A stretch of DNA of 29,603 bases from an uncultured Deinococcales bacterium (GTDB lineage: Bacteria; Deinococcota; Deinococci; Deinococcales; JAAFIG01), in the NCBI GenBank assembly GCA_964244895.1, contig CAXTKV010000031.1, forward strand, positions 1 to 29,603, given 5' to 3'. The stretch's first letter is position 1. The number at the start of each line of letters is the position of its first letter. Shown here one piece after another: positions 8,190 through 16,749 of the stretch. The notes under the pieces were generated by a model. That model was not told where the DNA came from. It did no database searches and saw only the letters and a program-made list of their open reading frames with translations. Position numbers and translations under genes: made by a program.

Positions 8190-9641
8190 ATGACCGCCAC
8201 AGCATCCCGTTTCGCGGGGCAGACGAACGCATTGATCGGCGCGGAGTGGGTTTCAGCCGCGAGCCGTTACGCTCTGAGCAGCCCATCTTCCGGCGAGGTG
8301 ATCGCCCAGGTCGCGGATTGCGGCGAGGCCGAAGCGAAAGCTGCCGTCGAGCACAGCGTCGAGGCTTTCGGGTCGTGGCGCGACACGACGGCCTACGAAC
8401 GCGCGAACCTGCTCAGGAAGTGGTTCAACCTGATGCTGCGCGACGAACAAGACATCGCCCGCTTGATCGCGCTCGAGATGGGCAAACCCGTCACGGAAGC
8501 CTTGGGCGAGGTGCGTTACGCCGCCAGCTTCCTCGAGTGGTACGCGGAGGAAGCCAAACGCGTCTACGGCGAAATTGTGCCCAGCCAGTTCGGGCACAAG
8601 CGCCTGTTTGCCACCAAGCACCCGGTCGGCGTGGTCTACGGCGTGACGCCCTGGAATTTCCCGGCGGCCATGGCGACCCGCAAGGTCGGGCCAGCGCTGG
8701 CGGCGGGCTGCACCTTCGTGCTGAAACCCGCCGAGCAATCGCCGTTGACGGCCCTCAAGATGGCGGAACTCTGGCTCGAGGCGGGCGGGCCAGCGGGCGT
8801 GTTCCAGGTCATCACCTGCGCCGATCCCGTGCCGGTCAGCCGCGTGTTCATGAACGATGATCGCGTCCGCAAGATCACCTTCACGGGCAGCACGGAAGTC
8901 GGCAAGATTCTGGCCAAACAGGGCGCGGACACGATGAAACGCATCTCTTTGGAACTGGGCGGTCACGCGCCGTACATCGTCTTCGACGATGCGGACATCG
9001 AGCAGGCCGTCAGGGACGTGGTGGCCTGCAAGTACCGCAACGCGGGGCAAACCTGCGTCTGCACCAACCGCGTCTACGTGCAACGCGGCATCCTGGAGGT
9101 CTTCACCGCGAAGCTCGCGGAATCCGTGGCGCAACTCAGGGTCGGCGATCCGCTCGAGGGCAGCACGCAGATCGGGCCGCTGGTGGACGCGCAGGGCCTG
9201 GAGAAAGTCAAAGCGCACGTGGCGGATGCCCTGGCGCACGGCGCGAAGGCCGTCGTGGGCGGTGACGCGCTCGAGGGCTTGTACTTCGCGCCGACGGTGC
9301 TTTCAGGCGTCACGAAGGACATGCTGATCATGAAAGAAGAAACCTTCGGCCCGGTCGCGCCCGTGATCCCGTTCGACACGGAAGCCGAAGCCATCCGCGC
9401 GGCCAACGACACGCCGTTCGGGTTAGCCGCGTACCTCTGGACGAAAGATCTGTCCCGCGCCATGCGCGTGTCCGACAGGCTCGAGTACGGCATCATCGGT
9501 TTGAACGATGCACTGCCATCCACCGCGCAAGCACCGTTCGGGGGCGTCAAGCAGAGCGGCATCGGTCGCGAGGGCGGTCACTGGGGCATCGAGGAGTATT
9601 TGTACGTCAAGTACATCTCGATGGGCGTGCAGCCCGCGTAA
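8190..9641 (+). CDS. gabD: NAD(P)-dependent succinate-semialdehyde dehydrogenase
   Basis: EEAKRVYG, TPWNFP, TRKVGPALAAGC, LELGGHAP, KYRNAGQTCVCTNR and EETFGP motifs. GGGAGG RBS. Confidence 0.9.
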   Translation: MTATASRFAGQTNALIGAEWVSAASRYALSSPSSGEVIAQVADCGEAEAKAAVEHSVEAFGSWRDTTAYERANLLRKWFNLMLRDEQDIARLIALEMGKPVTEALGEVRYAASFLEWYAEEAKRVYGEIVPSQFGHKRLFATKHPVGVVYGVTPWNFPAAMATRKVGPALAAGCTFVLKPAEQSPLTALKMAELWLEAGGPAGVFQVITCADPVPVSRVFMNDDRVRKITFTGSTEVGKILAKQGADTMKRISLELGGHAPYIVFDDADIEQAVRDVVACKYRNAGQTCVCTNRVYVQRGILEVFTAKLAESVAQLRVGDPLEGSTQIGPLVDAQGLEKVKAHVADALAHGAKAVVGGDALEGLYFAPTVLSGVTKDMLIMKEETFGPVAPVIPFDTEAEAIRAANDTPFGLAAYLWTKDLSRAMRVSDRLEYGIIGLNDALPSTAQAPFGGVKQSGIGREGGHWGIEEYLYVKYISMGVQPA

Positions 9642-9766
9642 GCTCGAGGGCGGTGTTCGTGAATTTGAGGCAAAGGCTCGAGCGTCCACCTGAGCGGCTT
9701 AGGGCGCGAGGGTAACGGCGAGGTTTCTTCTCCGAGATGCGCGCTGGTTGCTCCGTGTAGTTCTCG

Positions 9767-9826
9767 AGAAGACCGTCCAGCACAGCGTCCTCGAGACATA
9801 AGAAATACCGTGCTGGACGGTCTTCT
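9767..9826. repeat. Palindromic intergenic repeat family A, perfect inverted doublet between convergent genes (possible bidirectional terminator)
   Basis: agaagaccgtccagcac (9767-9783) and gtgctggacggtcttct (9810-9826) are exact reverse complements. Confidence 0.88.
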
Positions 9827-9844
9827 TCTGCCGATGCCCGAGTC

Positions 9845-10699
9845 TCAACTTTCCCACGGCCACGGGCCAGCCGCGACCGCCAGCCCGACCACGCGCGGCC
9901 CGGAATGCACGGCCAGCGCCGGGCCGATCTCGGTGCGGGCGACCCAGTGCGTCGGGTAGTGCGCCTGCAACAGCCCGAGCAAGCGGTCGGCGTCCTCGGC
10001 GCGTTCGCCGTGACCGAGCGCGACGCGAATCGGCGTGCGGGCGGGAATCCATGCCAGCAGGCGTTCGGCGATCTGGGCGGTGGCGCTCGAGAAACCTCGC
10101 ACCCGAGCGAGCGTCTCGAAACCCCCGCTGTGACGGTTGACTTCCAGCACGGGCTTGATGTTCAGCAGCCCGCCGATGACGGCCTGCGTGCGCCCGATCC
10201 GTCCGCTGCGGTGCAAGTATTCGAGGGTTTCCAGGGCGAAGATCGTGCGGGTTTCCTGGCGGGTGCGGTTGACCCACTGGATCGCCGTCTCGAGGGATTC
10301 GCCCATTCTGGCCGCCATCGCGGCGACGTGAACTTGCATGCCCAGCCCGATGGACACGGATTTCGAATCCAGCAATTGCACGTCTGCGCCCACGATTTTG
10401 CGCCCCTGATCCGCCGCGTTGAGCGTGCCGGACAGCGCACCCGAGACGTGAACACCCAGGATCGGGCGATCTTGAAGTTCACGGTATCGGGCGGCGAATT
10501 CTTCGGGGCTGGGCTGGCTGGTCGTCGGGTGCTGTTGGGCGCGCAGGTTCGCGTAGAGTTCCGTGTTCGTGATGCCTGGCGAGTCGTACTGCGCGGCTCC
10601 GAAGGCCAGGTGGACGGGCACCACGGCGGGTTCCAGACCCTCGCCCCACAGCACGTCGCACGCGCCGTCCGTCACCACGCTGAACCGAGGCCCGATCAC
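9845..10699 (-). CDS. DegV family fatty-acid-binding protein
   Basis: VVTD, PTTSQPS, SGALSGT, DSKSVSIG, LEYLHRSGRIG, LNIKPVL and HSGP motifs. Confidence 0.93.
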   Translation of the reverse strand: MIGPRFSVVTDGACDVLWGEGLEPAVVPVHLAFGAAQYDSPGITNTELYANLRAQQHPTTSQPSPEEFAARYRELQDRPILGVHVSGALSGTLNAADQGRKIVGADVQLLDSKSVSIGLGMQVHVAAMAARMGESLETAIQWVNRTRQETRTIFALETLEYLHRSGRIGRTQAVIGGLLNIKPVLEVNRHSGGFETLARVRGFSSATAQIAERLLAWIPARTPIRVALGHGERAEDADRLLGLLQAHYPTHWVARTEIGPALAVHSGPRVVGLAVAAGPWPWES

Positions 10700-10830
10700 G
10701 TGTCCGCTCTCCGATCCCGTCCCGAACGCGATGCAGGTGTCTGGCGCTCGGGGTTGAACCCATCAAAGCACGCGTTCTCGAGCGCGGTCAAACGTCGTGA
10801 GGCAGGATTCGTGAGGGACAGAGAACGAAA

Positions 10831-10882
10831 AACACCGTCGTGGACGCGAGTTTTGATCTGCGTCCACGACGGTGTTCTCGAG
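10831..10882. repeat. Palindromic intergenic repeat family A, perfect inverted doublet
   Basis: aacaccgtcgtggacgc (10831-10847) / gcgtccacgacggtgtt (10860-10876), followed by ctcgag. Confidence 0.88.
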
Positions 10883-10890
10883 CGGTCGCC

Positions 10891-11970
10891 TCAAGCGGTT
10901 AAAAACGCGCGCTGCACAAACCAGAATAATCCAGCCGCGACCGCGAAGGCGGACGCCGCCCAGCGCACGGGTGCGCCGACCCGCCAGCGCTCGAGAAGGC
11001 GCAAGAGCAAGAACACGGGAATCACGACGCTCAACTGCCCGATTTCCACGCCCAGGTTGAACCCGACCAGCGCGCCGGGCAGGTTGGCGGCGGGCAGGTG
11101 CATCTCGCGCAGCAAATCCGCGAAACCCATGCCGTGCAGCAAGCCGAACGCGAAGGTCACGACCCACCGCGAGCGTTCGATCGCGCTCCGGTCGCGCCTG
11201 AGGATGTTTTCCAGCGCGACGTAGGCGATCGAGAGCGCGATGCCACTTTCGATGATCCGTCCGGGCAGCACGATCACGCCCAGCACGGTCAAGGCCAGCG
11301 TCACGGAGTGCGCCACCGTGAAGGCCGTCACGACTTTCAGCAGGTAACGCAAGCCGCCGCCCAGCGCCAGCAGTGAAAGCAGGAACAGCAGGTGGTCGTA
11401 ACCGGTCAGGATGTGCCCGAAGCCCAGCAGGACGAAACTTTTGAAATCCACGTTGGCATCGGAAGCCACCAGACGGAACTCGCGCTGTTCGGGCGTGAAA
11501 ACCACGTTCTGGATTTTGCCATCGTGAAGCACGGTCGCCAGGCAACTGGCGGTGCTGACGCCCTGCACGAACAGGTCGTAACGAATTGAAAGCTCCCGGA
11601 TGCCCGATTTGAAACCGTACCTGAGCGCGAGCGTCGTGTGCGCCTGAGCGCTGACGCTGGCGGGCAGTTTGACATCGTTCAGCACGGGCGCAACCTCGAG
11701 TGAGCCGGGTTGATCGCCGCTCAGGACGCGAATCTTCTGGCTGAATGTATCGCGCAGCCCGTCGCGATGGCGCGCGATTTCGGCGGGGGAGAGCGATCCA
11801 TTTTTGTCGTCGTCGGCGAAGGCCGTGATGCCCGTCGGGTAGGTCAGCGTGATGCGCAGCTCGCGCCCGGTCGCGTCGATTTCGGCCACGGCCAGATCCG
11901 CCCAGTGCGCCATCGCGCCCGACCCGAGGGTGCAGATGCACGCCGCCAGCAACCACGCGCGTCGTTTCAT
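10891..11970 (-). CDS. HupE/UreJ-family membrane protein with extracytoplasmic N-terminal domain
   Basis: Signal peptide ending AMA-H, then GHILTGYDHLLF, FTVAHSVTL, FGLLHGMGFA and FNLGVEIGQ. A DxDxNG-like loop (DDDKNGSLSPAE) lies in the N-domain. Confidence 0.88.
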   Translation of the reverse strand: MKRRAWLLAACICTLGSGAMAHWADLAVAEIDATGRELRITLTYPTGITAFADDDKNGSLSPAEIARHRDGLRDTFSQKIRVLSGDQPGSLEVAPVLNDVKLPASVSAQAHTTLALRYGFKSGIRELSIRYDLFVQGVSTASCLATVLHDGKIQNVVFTPEQREFRLVASDANVDFKSFVLLGFGHILTGYDHLLFLLSLLALGGGLRYLLKVVTAFTVAHSVTLALTVLGVIVLPGRIIESGIALSIAYVALENILRRDRSAIERSRWVVTFAFGLLHGMGFADLLREMHLPAANLPGALVGFNLGVEIGQLSVVIPVFLLLRLLERWRVGAPVRWAASAFAVAAGLFWFVQRAFLTA

Positions 11971-13337
11971 CGCGCCGCGCCTTCCAGCCCGTAGCGGGCG
12001 CGCAGGCTGGCGTCGAATCTTGGATCGATGCGTGCGGCGTTGGCCTCGTGCCGCGCGGCGCCCTCGGGATTCCCGAGCGCCCGTTCGATGCTGGCGGCGC
12101 GAAGCTCGAGTTCCGCGTCCTGAACGCCCGTGCTGATGGCGCGATCAATCGTCTGCTGGGCTTTGTTCATCTGGCTCGCTCTGAATTGCGCCCAGGCCAG
12201 CACGGATAGCGTTTCCCAGTCGTGGCGCGTCTCGAGTTCGCGCGTCGCCTGCGCCAACGCTTCCGGCGCGTCCGCAGGCCGCCCGCGCTCGAGCAGCAAG
12301 CGCGAGAGTTCGCGGCGGTGGCCGTAGGCACCCTGCGCGATCTCGCGGCGCAGCGTGGCCTCGGCCTCGTCCCAGAGCGCGTCCGCACCGCCTGAACTCT
12401 GCGCGCGTTTGACCCGCGCCAGCCCCTGCTGCGCGGCGTGATCGTATGTGGAGGGCGTCTCGCGCGAATTGATCAGCAACTCGCGGTATCTGGCCTCGGC
12501 TGGGGCGTAGTGGGCGTCGCGGAACTCGAGGTCGGCCAGGTGCATCAAGGCCAGCGGGTAGTGCGGCGCGATCCGCAGGGCTTCTTCCAGCAGCTCGCGC
12601 GCCAGGTCGTGCTGTCCCTGGCGCACCAGGAACCGCGCGTACAGGGTGCGGGTGCGGGCGGAGCCGAACGGGTCGTCGGGTTCCTCTATGGCCATGGCGC
12701 GCTCGAAATCGGCGCGGGCGGCCCCGAGCTTGCCCTGCGCTTCCAGGGTCGTGGCCCGCAGCGTCAGGTTCGAGACGTTCGGCAAGCTCGCCACCAGCGC
12801 GTTCACGTCGCGGTAGGCGGTTTCTGGATCACCCAGCGCCAGTTCGATGCTGGCCCGCAACGAGATCGCGCTGGCGTTGCGCGGTTCGGTGCGCGTGATT
12901 TCTTCGATCATCCCGAGTGCGCCCCTGAAGTCGTGCCTGGCCTGCGCGACTTCGGCCAGTGCGAGCTGCGCGCCCGCGTTGCCGATCGCCAGCGGCAGCG
13001 CCCCGAGCGAACGCGCGGCGGCCTGTTCGGCCAGCCCGTACCAGGCGTTCTGACCCGTCACGCGCGCCTTGCCGATGTACGCGCCCGCCAGCGCCGCCAG
13101 GTCCAGACCGCTGTCCGGGTTGCGGTTGACGCGAGCCTGAAAGAACCCGATCTCGCGAGCGAAGGCTTCGGTGCGGGTCGCGGTGCGCGTCTCGAGCGCG
13201 TCCGAAAACTTGTACTTGAAGGCTTCTGGCAAGCTGGATCGTTCCGTCCTGGCGAGCGCCGTCAGCCCGTAGCCCACCACGGCGCAACCCAGCACCAGCG
13301 GAATCGTCGTCAGCCACGCGGTATTGAACTTGAGCAT
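11967..13337 (-). CDS. Tetratricopeptide-repeat protein with N-terminal membrane anchor/signal
   Basis: Hydrophobic N-terminus followed by repeated Ala/Leu-rich helical TPR-like units (e.g. ARELLEEALRIAPHY). ATG 13337 after GGGGGA. ATGA overlap with the HupE/UreJ gene. Confidence 0.85.
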   Translation of the reverse strand: MLKFNTAWLTTIPLVLGCAVVGYGLTALARTERSSLPEAFKYKFSDALETRTATRTEAFAREIGFFQARVNRNPDSGLDLAALAGAYIGKARVTGQNAWYGLAEQAAARSLGALPLAIGNAGAQLALAEVAQARHDFRGALGMIEEITRTEPRNASAISLRASIELALGDPETAYRDVNALVASLPNVSNLTLRATTLEAQGKLGAARADFERAMAIEEPDDPFGSARTRTLYARFLVRQGQHDLARELLEEALRIAPHYPLALMHLADLEFRDAHYAPAEARYRELLINSRETPSTYDHAAQQGLARVKRAQSSGGADALWDEAEATLRREIAQGAYGHRRELSRLLLERGRPADAPEALAQATRELETRHDWETLSVLAWAQFRASQMNKAQQTIDRAISTGVQDAELELRAASIERALGNPEGAARHEANAARIDPRFDASLRARYGLEGAAR

Positions 13338-13422
13338 CCTGTCCCCCGGCCATTCCTGAATGAAGTCTCGAGCGGTCAACGAAAGCGTTTTGATCGTCGG
13401 TTTTTGATTCTTTATTTAAAGA

Positions 13423-13478
13423 CCACCGTCTAGCACAGCGTTCTTGATCTCGAGAAAACGTCGTCCAGAACGGTATTC
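13423..13478. repeat. Palindromic intergenic repeat family A, degenerate doublet
   Basis: ccaccgtctagcacagcgttc ... gtcgtccagaacggtattc. Confidence 0.7.
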
Positions 13479-13479
13479 C

Positions 13480-13510
13480 CGCAGGGGCGGGTCTGTGACC
13501 CGCCCCTGCG
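13480..13510. repeat. Perfect GC-rich hairpin (GTAG-type REP-like / mRNA stabiliser) just after the DUF4331 stop
   Basis: cgcaggggcgggtc-tgt-gacccgcccctgcg, 14-bp perfect stem. Confidence 0.75.
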
Positions 13511-13521
13511 TAGGAATCGGT

Positions 13522-14748
13522 TTAGTTGGGTTCCGCCAGGAACGGGAATTCCGGCAAAAGCGGGCTGTGCTTCGCGCCGCCCTGGTTGGGGCCGTCGTAG
13601 GACACGTTGTCGCTCGTGACGGCTCCGTTGGAGAGCACAGACAGGGTGATGTCGATCACGTCGTCCTTGATCAGGCGTCCACGGATCGGGCTACCGAGCT
13701 TGTTCAAGGCGTTGGCGTAACCGCTCGGGCCGGTCGTGTCGATGCGCATGACATCCGGCAGGAACGCGCCCAGCAATGCACCCGTGCGCTTCTCGTCGTT
13801 GCCGAGCGCGCCCAGCACCGCCGAGACTTCCTTGATGATCGGCGCGGCGGCGGCGCCCGCGTCTTTATCGCCCTTCAGCACGGCGGCCTCGAAATCCGGC
13901 CCGACAGCGTTCAGGGTGTTCAGGTAATCGTTGGTCAAGACCAATCCTTCGTTGACGGCGGGGCGTCCCAGGCGCTCGATCTGCATCCACTCGCCTTTTT
14001 TGGCGGGGTTCGGCACCGACACGGTCTCCCAGACGTCGAAGCTGGTGGCGTTCGAGCTGGATTTCAGCCAGGCCATCGGCATACGCACGGCGATCGTATT
14101 GACGTTGTAGCCGTCCGTGAAATCCAGTCCGGGTTTGCGGAATCCGACCTTCGGCCCCAGCCCCGCCAGCCCAGCGCGGACGCGGAAGAACTGCTCGACA
14201 TCGAAGAAGAACGGATCTTCGCGCAAACCAGCGAAGACGCTGATTTCGCCGCGCGCCGCGTCCAGCCCGACTTGATTCAGTACCGGAGCTGTACCGATCG
14301 GGGTGGTCTGAATCGCGCCGCCGGTCGTGGTCGTCTGGAGCGTGCGTTGCGTGCCGTCGCGCAGACCGGTGATGGCGATTTCCTGGACACCTTTGGCGTT
14401 CGGTTTGCTGAACTCGAAGCGGATCGTGGCATCCACCTGGCCGGTCGCCATGGCGTCCTTGTCGGCCACGCGAGTGATCCTGAACTCGTAGCGCGCGTTC
14501 GGGCTGAAGGCGTACTGCTGGCGCGGCAAGGAACGCGGGTTGGTGTTCATGATCATCACCAGGTTGTCATCGGTGACTTTCGGGTTCTGATCCTTCTCGC
14601 GGAACACGAACAGGTCCGTCAGGTTGAGGGCTCGGGCCTTCATGTCGTTCTCGCCGTCATCGTGATCCGAGGCTTTCGTGATGGCGCCGATAGCACCCAG
14701 CGTGAGTGCGGTCAGGGCGAGGCCGATCTTCAAAAACGTTGCGTTCAT
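13522..14748 (-). CDS. DUF4331 domain-containing secreted protein
   Basis: Signal peptide followed by SDH, then TDLFVF, FAGLREDPFFFD, QIERLGRPAVN, PDVMRID, GRLIKDDVIDI and terminal FPFLAEP. ATG 14748 after GAAGGAGG. Confidence 0.87.
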   Translation of the reverse strand: MNATFLKIGLALTALTLGAIGAITKASDHDDGENDMKARALNLTDLFVFREKDQNPKVTDDNLVMIMNTNPRSLPRQQYAFSPNARYEFRITRVADKDAMATGQVDATIRFEFSKPNAKGVQEIAITGLRDGTQRTLQTTTTGGAIQTTPIGTAPVLNQVGLDAARGEISVFAGLREDPFFFDVEQFFRVRAGLAGLGPKVGFRKPGLDFTDGYNVNTIAVRMPMAWLKSSSNATSFDVWETVSVPNPAKKGEWMQIERLGRPAVNEGLVLTNDYLNTLNAVGPDFEAAVLKGDKDAGAAAAPIIKEVSAVLGALGNDEKRTGALLGAFLPDVMRIDTTGPSGYANALNKLGSPIRGRLIKDDVIDITLSVLSNGAVTSDNVSYDGPNQGGAKHSPLLPEFPFLAEPN

Positions 14749-14875
14749 ACATCCTCCTTCTGGCTGAAAGCCCGCGGCAGAACACAGAGCCACGACCTCC
14801 CCGAACGGCGTTTGGCCGTGAACCGGTTCTTCGGGGTTGATGGTTGGTTCCTGCTCGAGAGCTTCTATCCGGGTA

Positions 14876-14905
14876 TACGGTGATGCTTCCCACATTGGAT
14901 GTTTC
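14876..14905 (-). promoter_or_regulatory. Candidate ECF-sigma promoter of the DUF4331 operon
   Basis: Minus strand reads gaaacATCC-N16-CCGTA, resembling the ATCC...CGTA/CGAA promoters of SigK/RpoE-type ECF factors. Confidence 0.35.
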
Positions 14906-14995
14906 GTCAGGTTTGGGCTCGAGCTTGAAGTCGTGAGGCCGCGCACCTCGAGCTTCCACGGACGCGGGCTCGGGCAGAACCCTCGCCGCTCAAGA

Positions 14996-15041
14996 AACGC
15001 CGTCCAGCACACGAGCCATAAACCGTGTGCTGGACGGCGTT
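14996..15041. repeat. Palindromic intergenic repeat family A, perfect inverted doublet
   Basis: aacgccgtccagcacacg (14996-15013) / cgtgtgctggacggcgtt (15024-15041), 18-bp perfect arms. Confidence 0.88.
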
Positions 15042-15147
15042 CTCGCGCCATCCTCGAATCCGAGTGCGCCACTGAACCCGTTGCAATCCCCCACAGGACA
15101 CCGCATGATCAAATGGTGAACACGAACCCCACAAAGCGCAGGTCGCC

Positions 15148-16533
15148 ATGAGCGCCGGTCACGACGTGCTGGTCATCGGCGCAGGCCCGGCGGGAATGGC
15201 GGCGGCCCTGCACGCGGGATCGCTCGGGGCGCGGGTGGCGGTCGTGGAACGCGACCGCACGGGCGGAACCTGCACCAACACCGGTTGCGTGCCCACGCGC
15301 GTGCTGGCGATCACGGCGCGGTTGCTGCGCGATATTCGCGGCGCGAGCGCCTACGGCATCGAGGTCAACCCGCCCAGCCTGACGTGGTCGCGCACCACGG
15401 AACGCGTGCGCCAGGTGATCCAGGACATCAACGCCAACAAGCGCTTTCTGGAGCGTTTAGAAGAAGTGGGCGGCGAAATCTTCTTCGAGGGCAGCGCCAG
15501 TTTCACCTCAGCCAACAGCCTGCGCCTGTCGGCTTCCGGGCGGGAACTCGAGGCGGACAAGATCATTGTGTGCGTCGGCGGCAAGGCGCGCCGTCCGCCG
15601 ATTCCGGGCGTGGAACTCTGCATCACGCCCGAGGAACTGACCGAACAACCCGAATTGCCCAAATCCGTGGTGGTCGTCGGCAGCGGGTACACGGGCGTTC
15701 AGGTCACGACGATCCTGAACGCTTTCGGGTCGCACGTCACGCTGCTCGAGACGGCGCCCGCGATCCTGCCGATCGCGGACGCGGACGTCAGCCGCGCCCT
15801 GCGAAAGAGCTTCGATCGTCAGGGCGTGCGCGTCGTGACCAGCGTGGAACGCGTGGATCACATCGAATCGACGGGTCGCGGCTCGCGCCGACTGAGCTTC
15901 ACGCACGGCGGTCAGCTTCAAGAAATCGAATGCGAGGCCGTGATCCTGTGCGTCGGCTGGCCCGCCGCGCTGGACGGGCTGGGGCTCGAGCGGATCGGCG
16001 TGGAAACCGAACGCGGTTTCATCAACGTAGACGAGTACCTGCGCACCAACCTGCCCCAGATTTTTGTCGCCGGTGACGCCAACGGGCGCGACATGCTGGT
16101 GCAGGGCGCAGAATTCGAAGCCCGCACCGCCGCCGAGAACGGCGTGCGCGGCGCGACCACGACCTTCGACCGCAGCCTGCTGCCCAGCGGCGGCTTCACC
16201 GATCCCGACCACGCGGGCGTCGGCGTGACCGAAGCCAGAGCCCGCCAGGACGGTCTGGATTGCGCCATCGCCGTCGCGGAATACGCGCAACTCGACCGGG
16301 CCATCATCGACAACCGCACGGCAGGCTTCCTGAAATTGATCGCCGATCGGCGCACCGACCTGATCATCGGGGCGCACGCCGCCGGGGAAAACGCCGTCGA
16401 ACTGATCCAGGCCGTAGCCATGGTCATGGCCGCCCGTGGAACCGTCTCGAGCCTGACCGGTGTGCGCCTGGCCTACCCGACCTACAGCGCCATCATCGGT
16501 GAAGCGGCCCGCCGCCTCGAGCGCGCGCGCTGA
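15148..16533 (+). CDS. Class I pyridine nucleotide-disulfide oxidoreductase (dihydrolipoamide dehydrogenase-like, atypical)
   Basis: GAGPAG FAD motif, redox disulfide GGTCTNTGCVP, GSGYTG and AGD. C-terminal YPTYSA replaces HPTxSE. Confidence 0.88.
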   Translation: MSAGHDVLVIGAGPAGMAAALHAGSLGARVAVVERDRTGGTCTNTGCVPTRVLAITARLLRDIRGASAYGIEVNPPSLTWSRTTERVRQVIQDINANKRFLERLEEVGGEIFFEGSASFTSANSLRLSASGRELEADKIIVCVGGKARRPPIPGVELCITPEELTEQPELPKSVVVVGSGYTGVQVTTILNAFGSHVTLLETAPAILPIADADVSRALRKSFDRQGVRVVTSVERVDHIESTGRGSRRLSFTHGGQLQEIECEAVILCVGWPAALDGLGLERIGVETERGFINVDEYLRTNLPQIFVAGDANGRDMLVQGAEFEARTAAENGVRGATTTFDRSLLPSGGFTDPDHAGVGVTEARARQDGLDCAIAVAEYAQLDRAIIDNRTAGFLKLIADRRTDLIIGAHAAGENAVELIQAVAMVMAARGTVSSLTGVRLAYPTYSAIIGEAARRLERAR

Positions 16534-16544
16534 GCTCGAAATTT

Positions 16545-16594
16545 CGAGAACACCATCAGGCACGAGGTCTGAATATCGCGTACTGGACGGTGTT
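16545..16594. repeat. Palindromic intergenic repeat family A, degenerate doublet
   Basis: cgagaacaccatcaggcacg ... cgtactggacggtgtt. Confidence 0.7.
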
Positions 16595-16640
16595 TTTCAA
16601 ATATTTGGCCCCGTGCGAACGTGGTCGGCAACGTCTCGAG

Positions 16641-16710
16641 GGAAGGGTAGGTCTGCGACCTACCCTTCCACAACCCTGTCCCGTAGGGCAAGCTTTATGG
16701 TTGCCCTCGC
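16641..16710. repeat. Two GTAG-type REP-like hairpins between convergent genes
   Basis: ggaagggtaggtc-tgc-gacctacccttcc (13-bp stem) and gtagggcaa...ttgccctcgc. Confidence 0.65.
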
Positions 16711-16749
16711 GTGAAGACGTTCTCGAGTCTGACTTCGCAGGAGGTGTAT

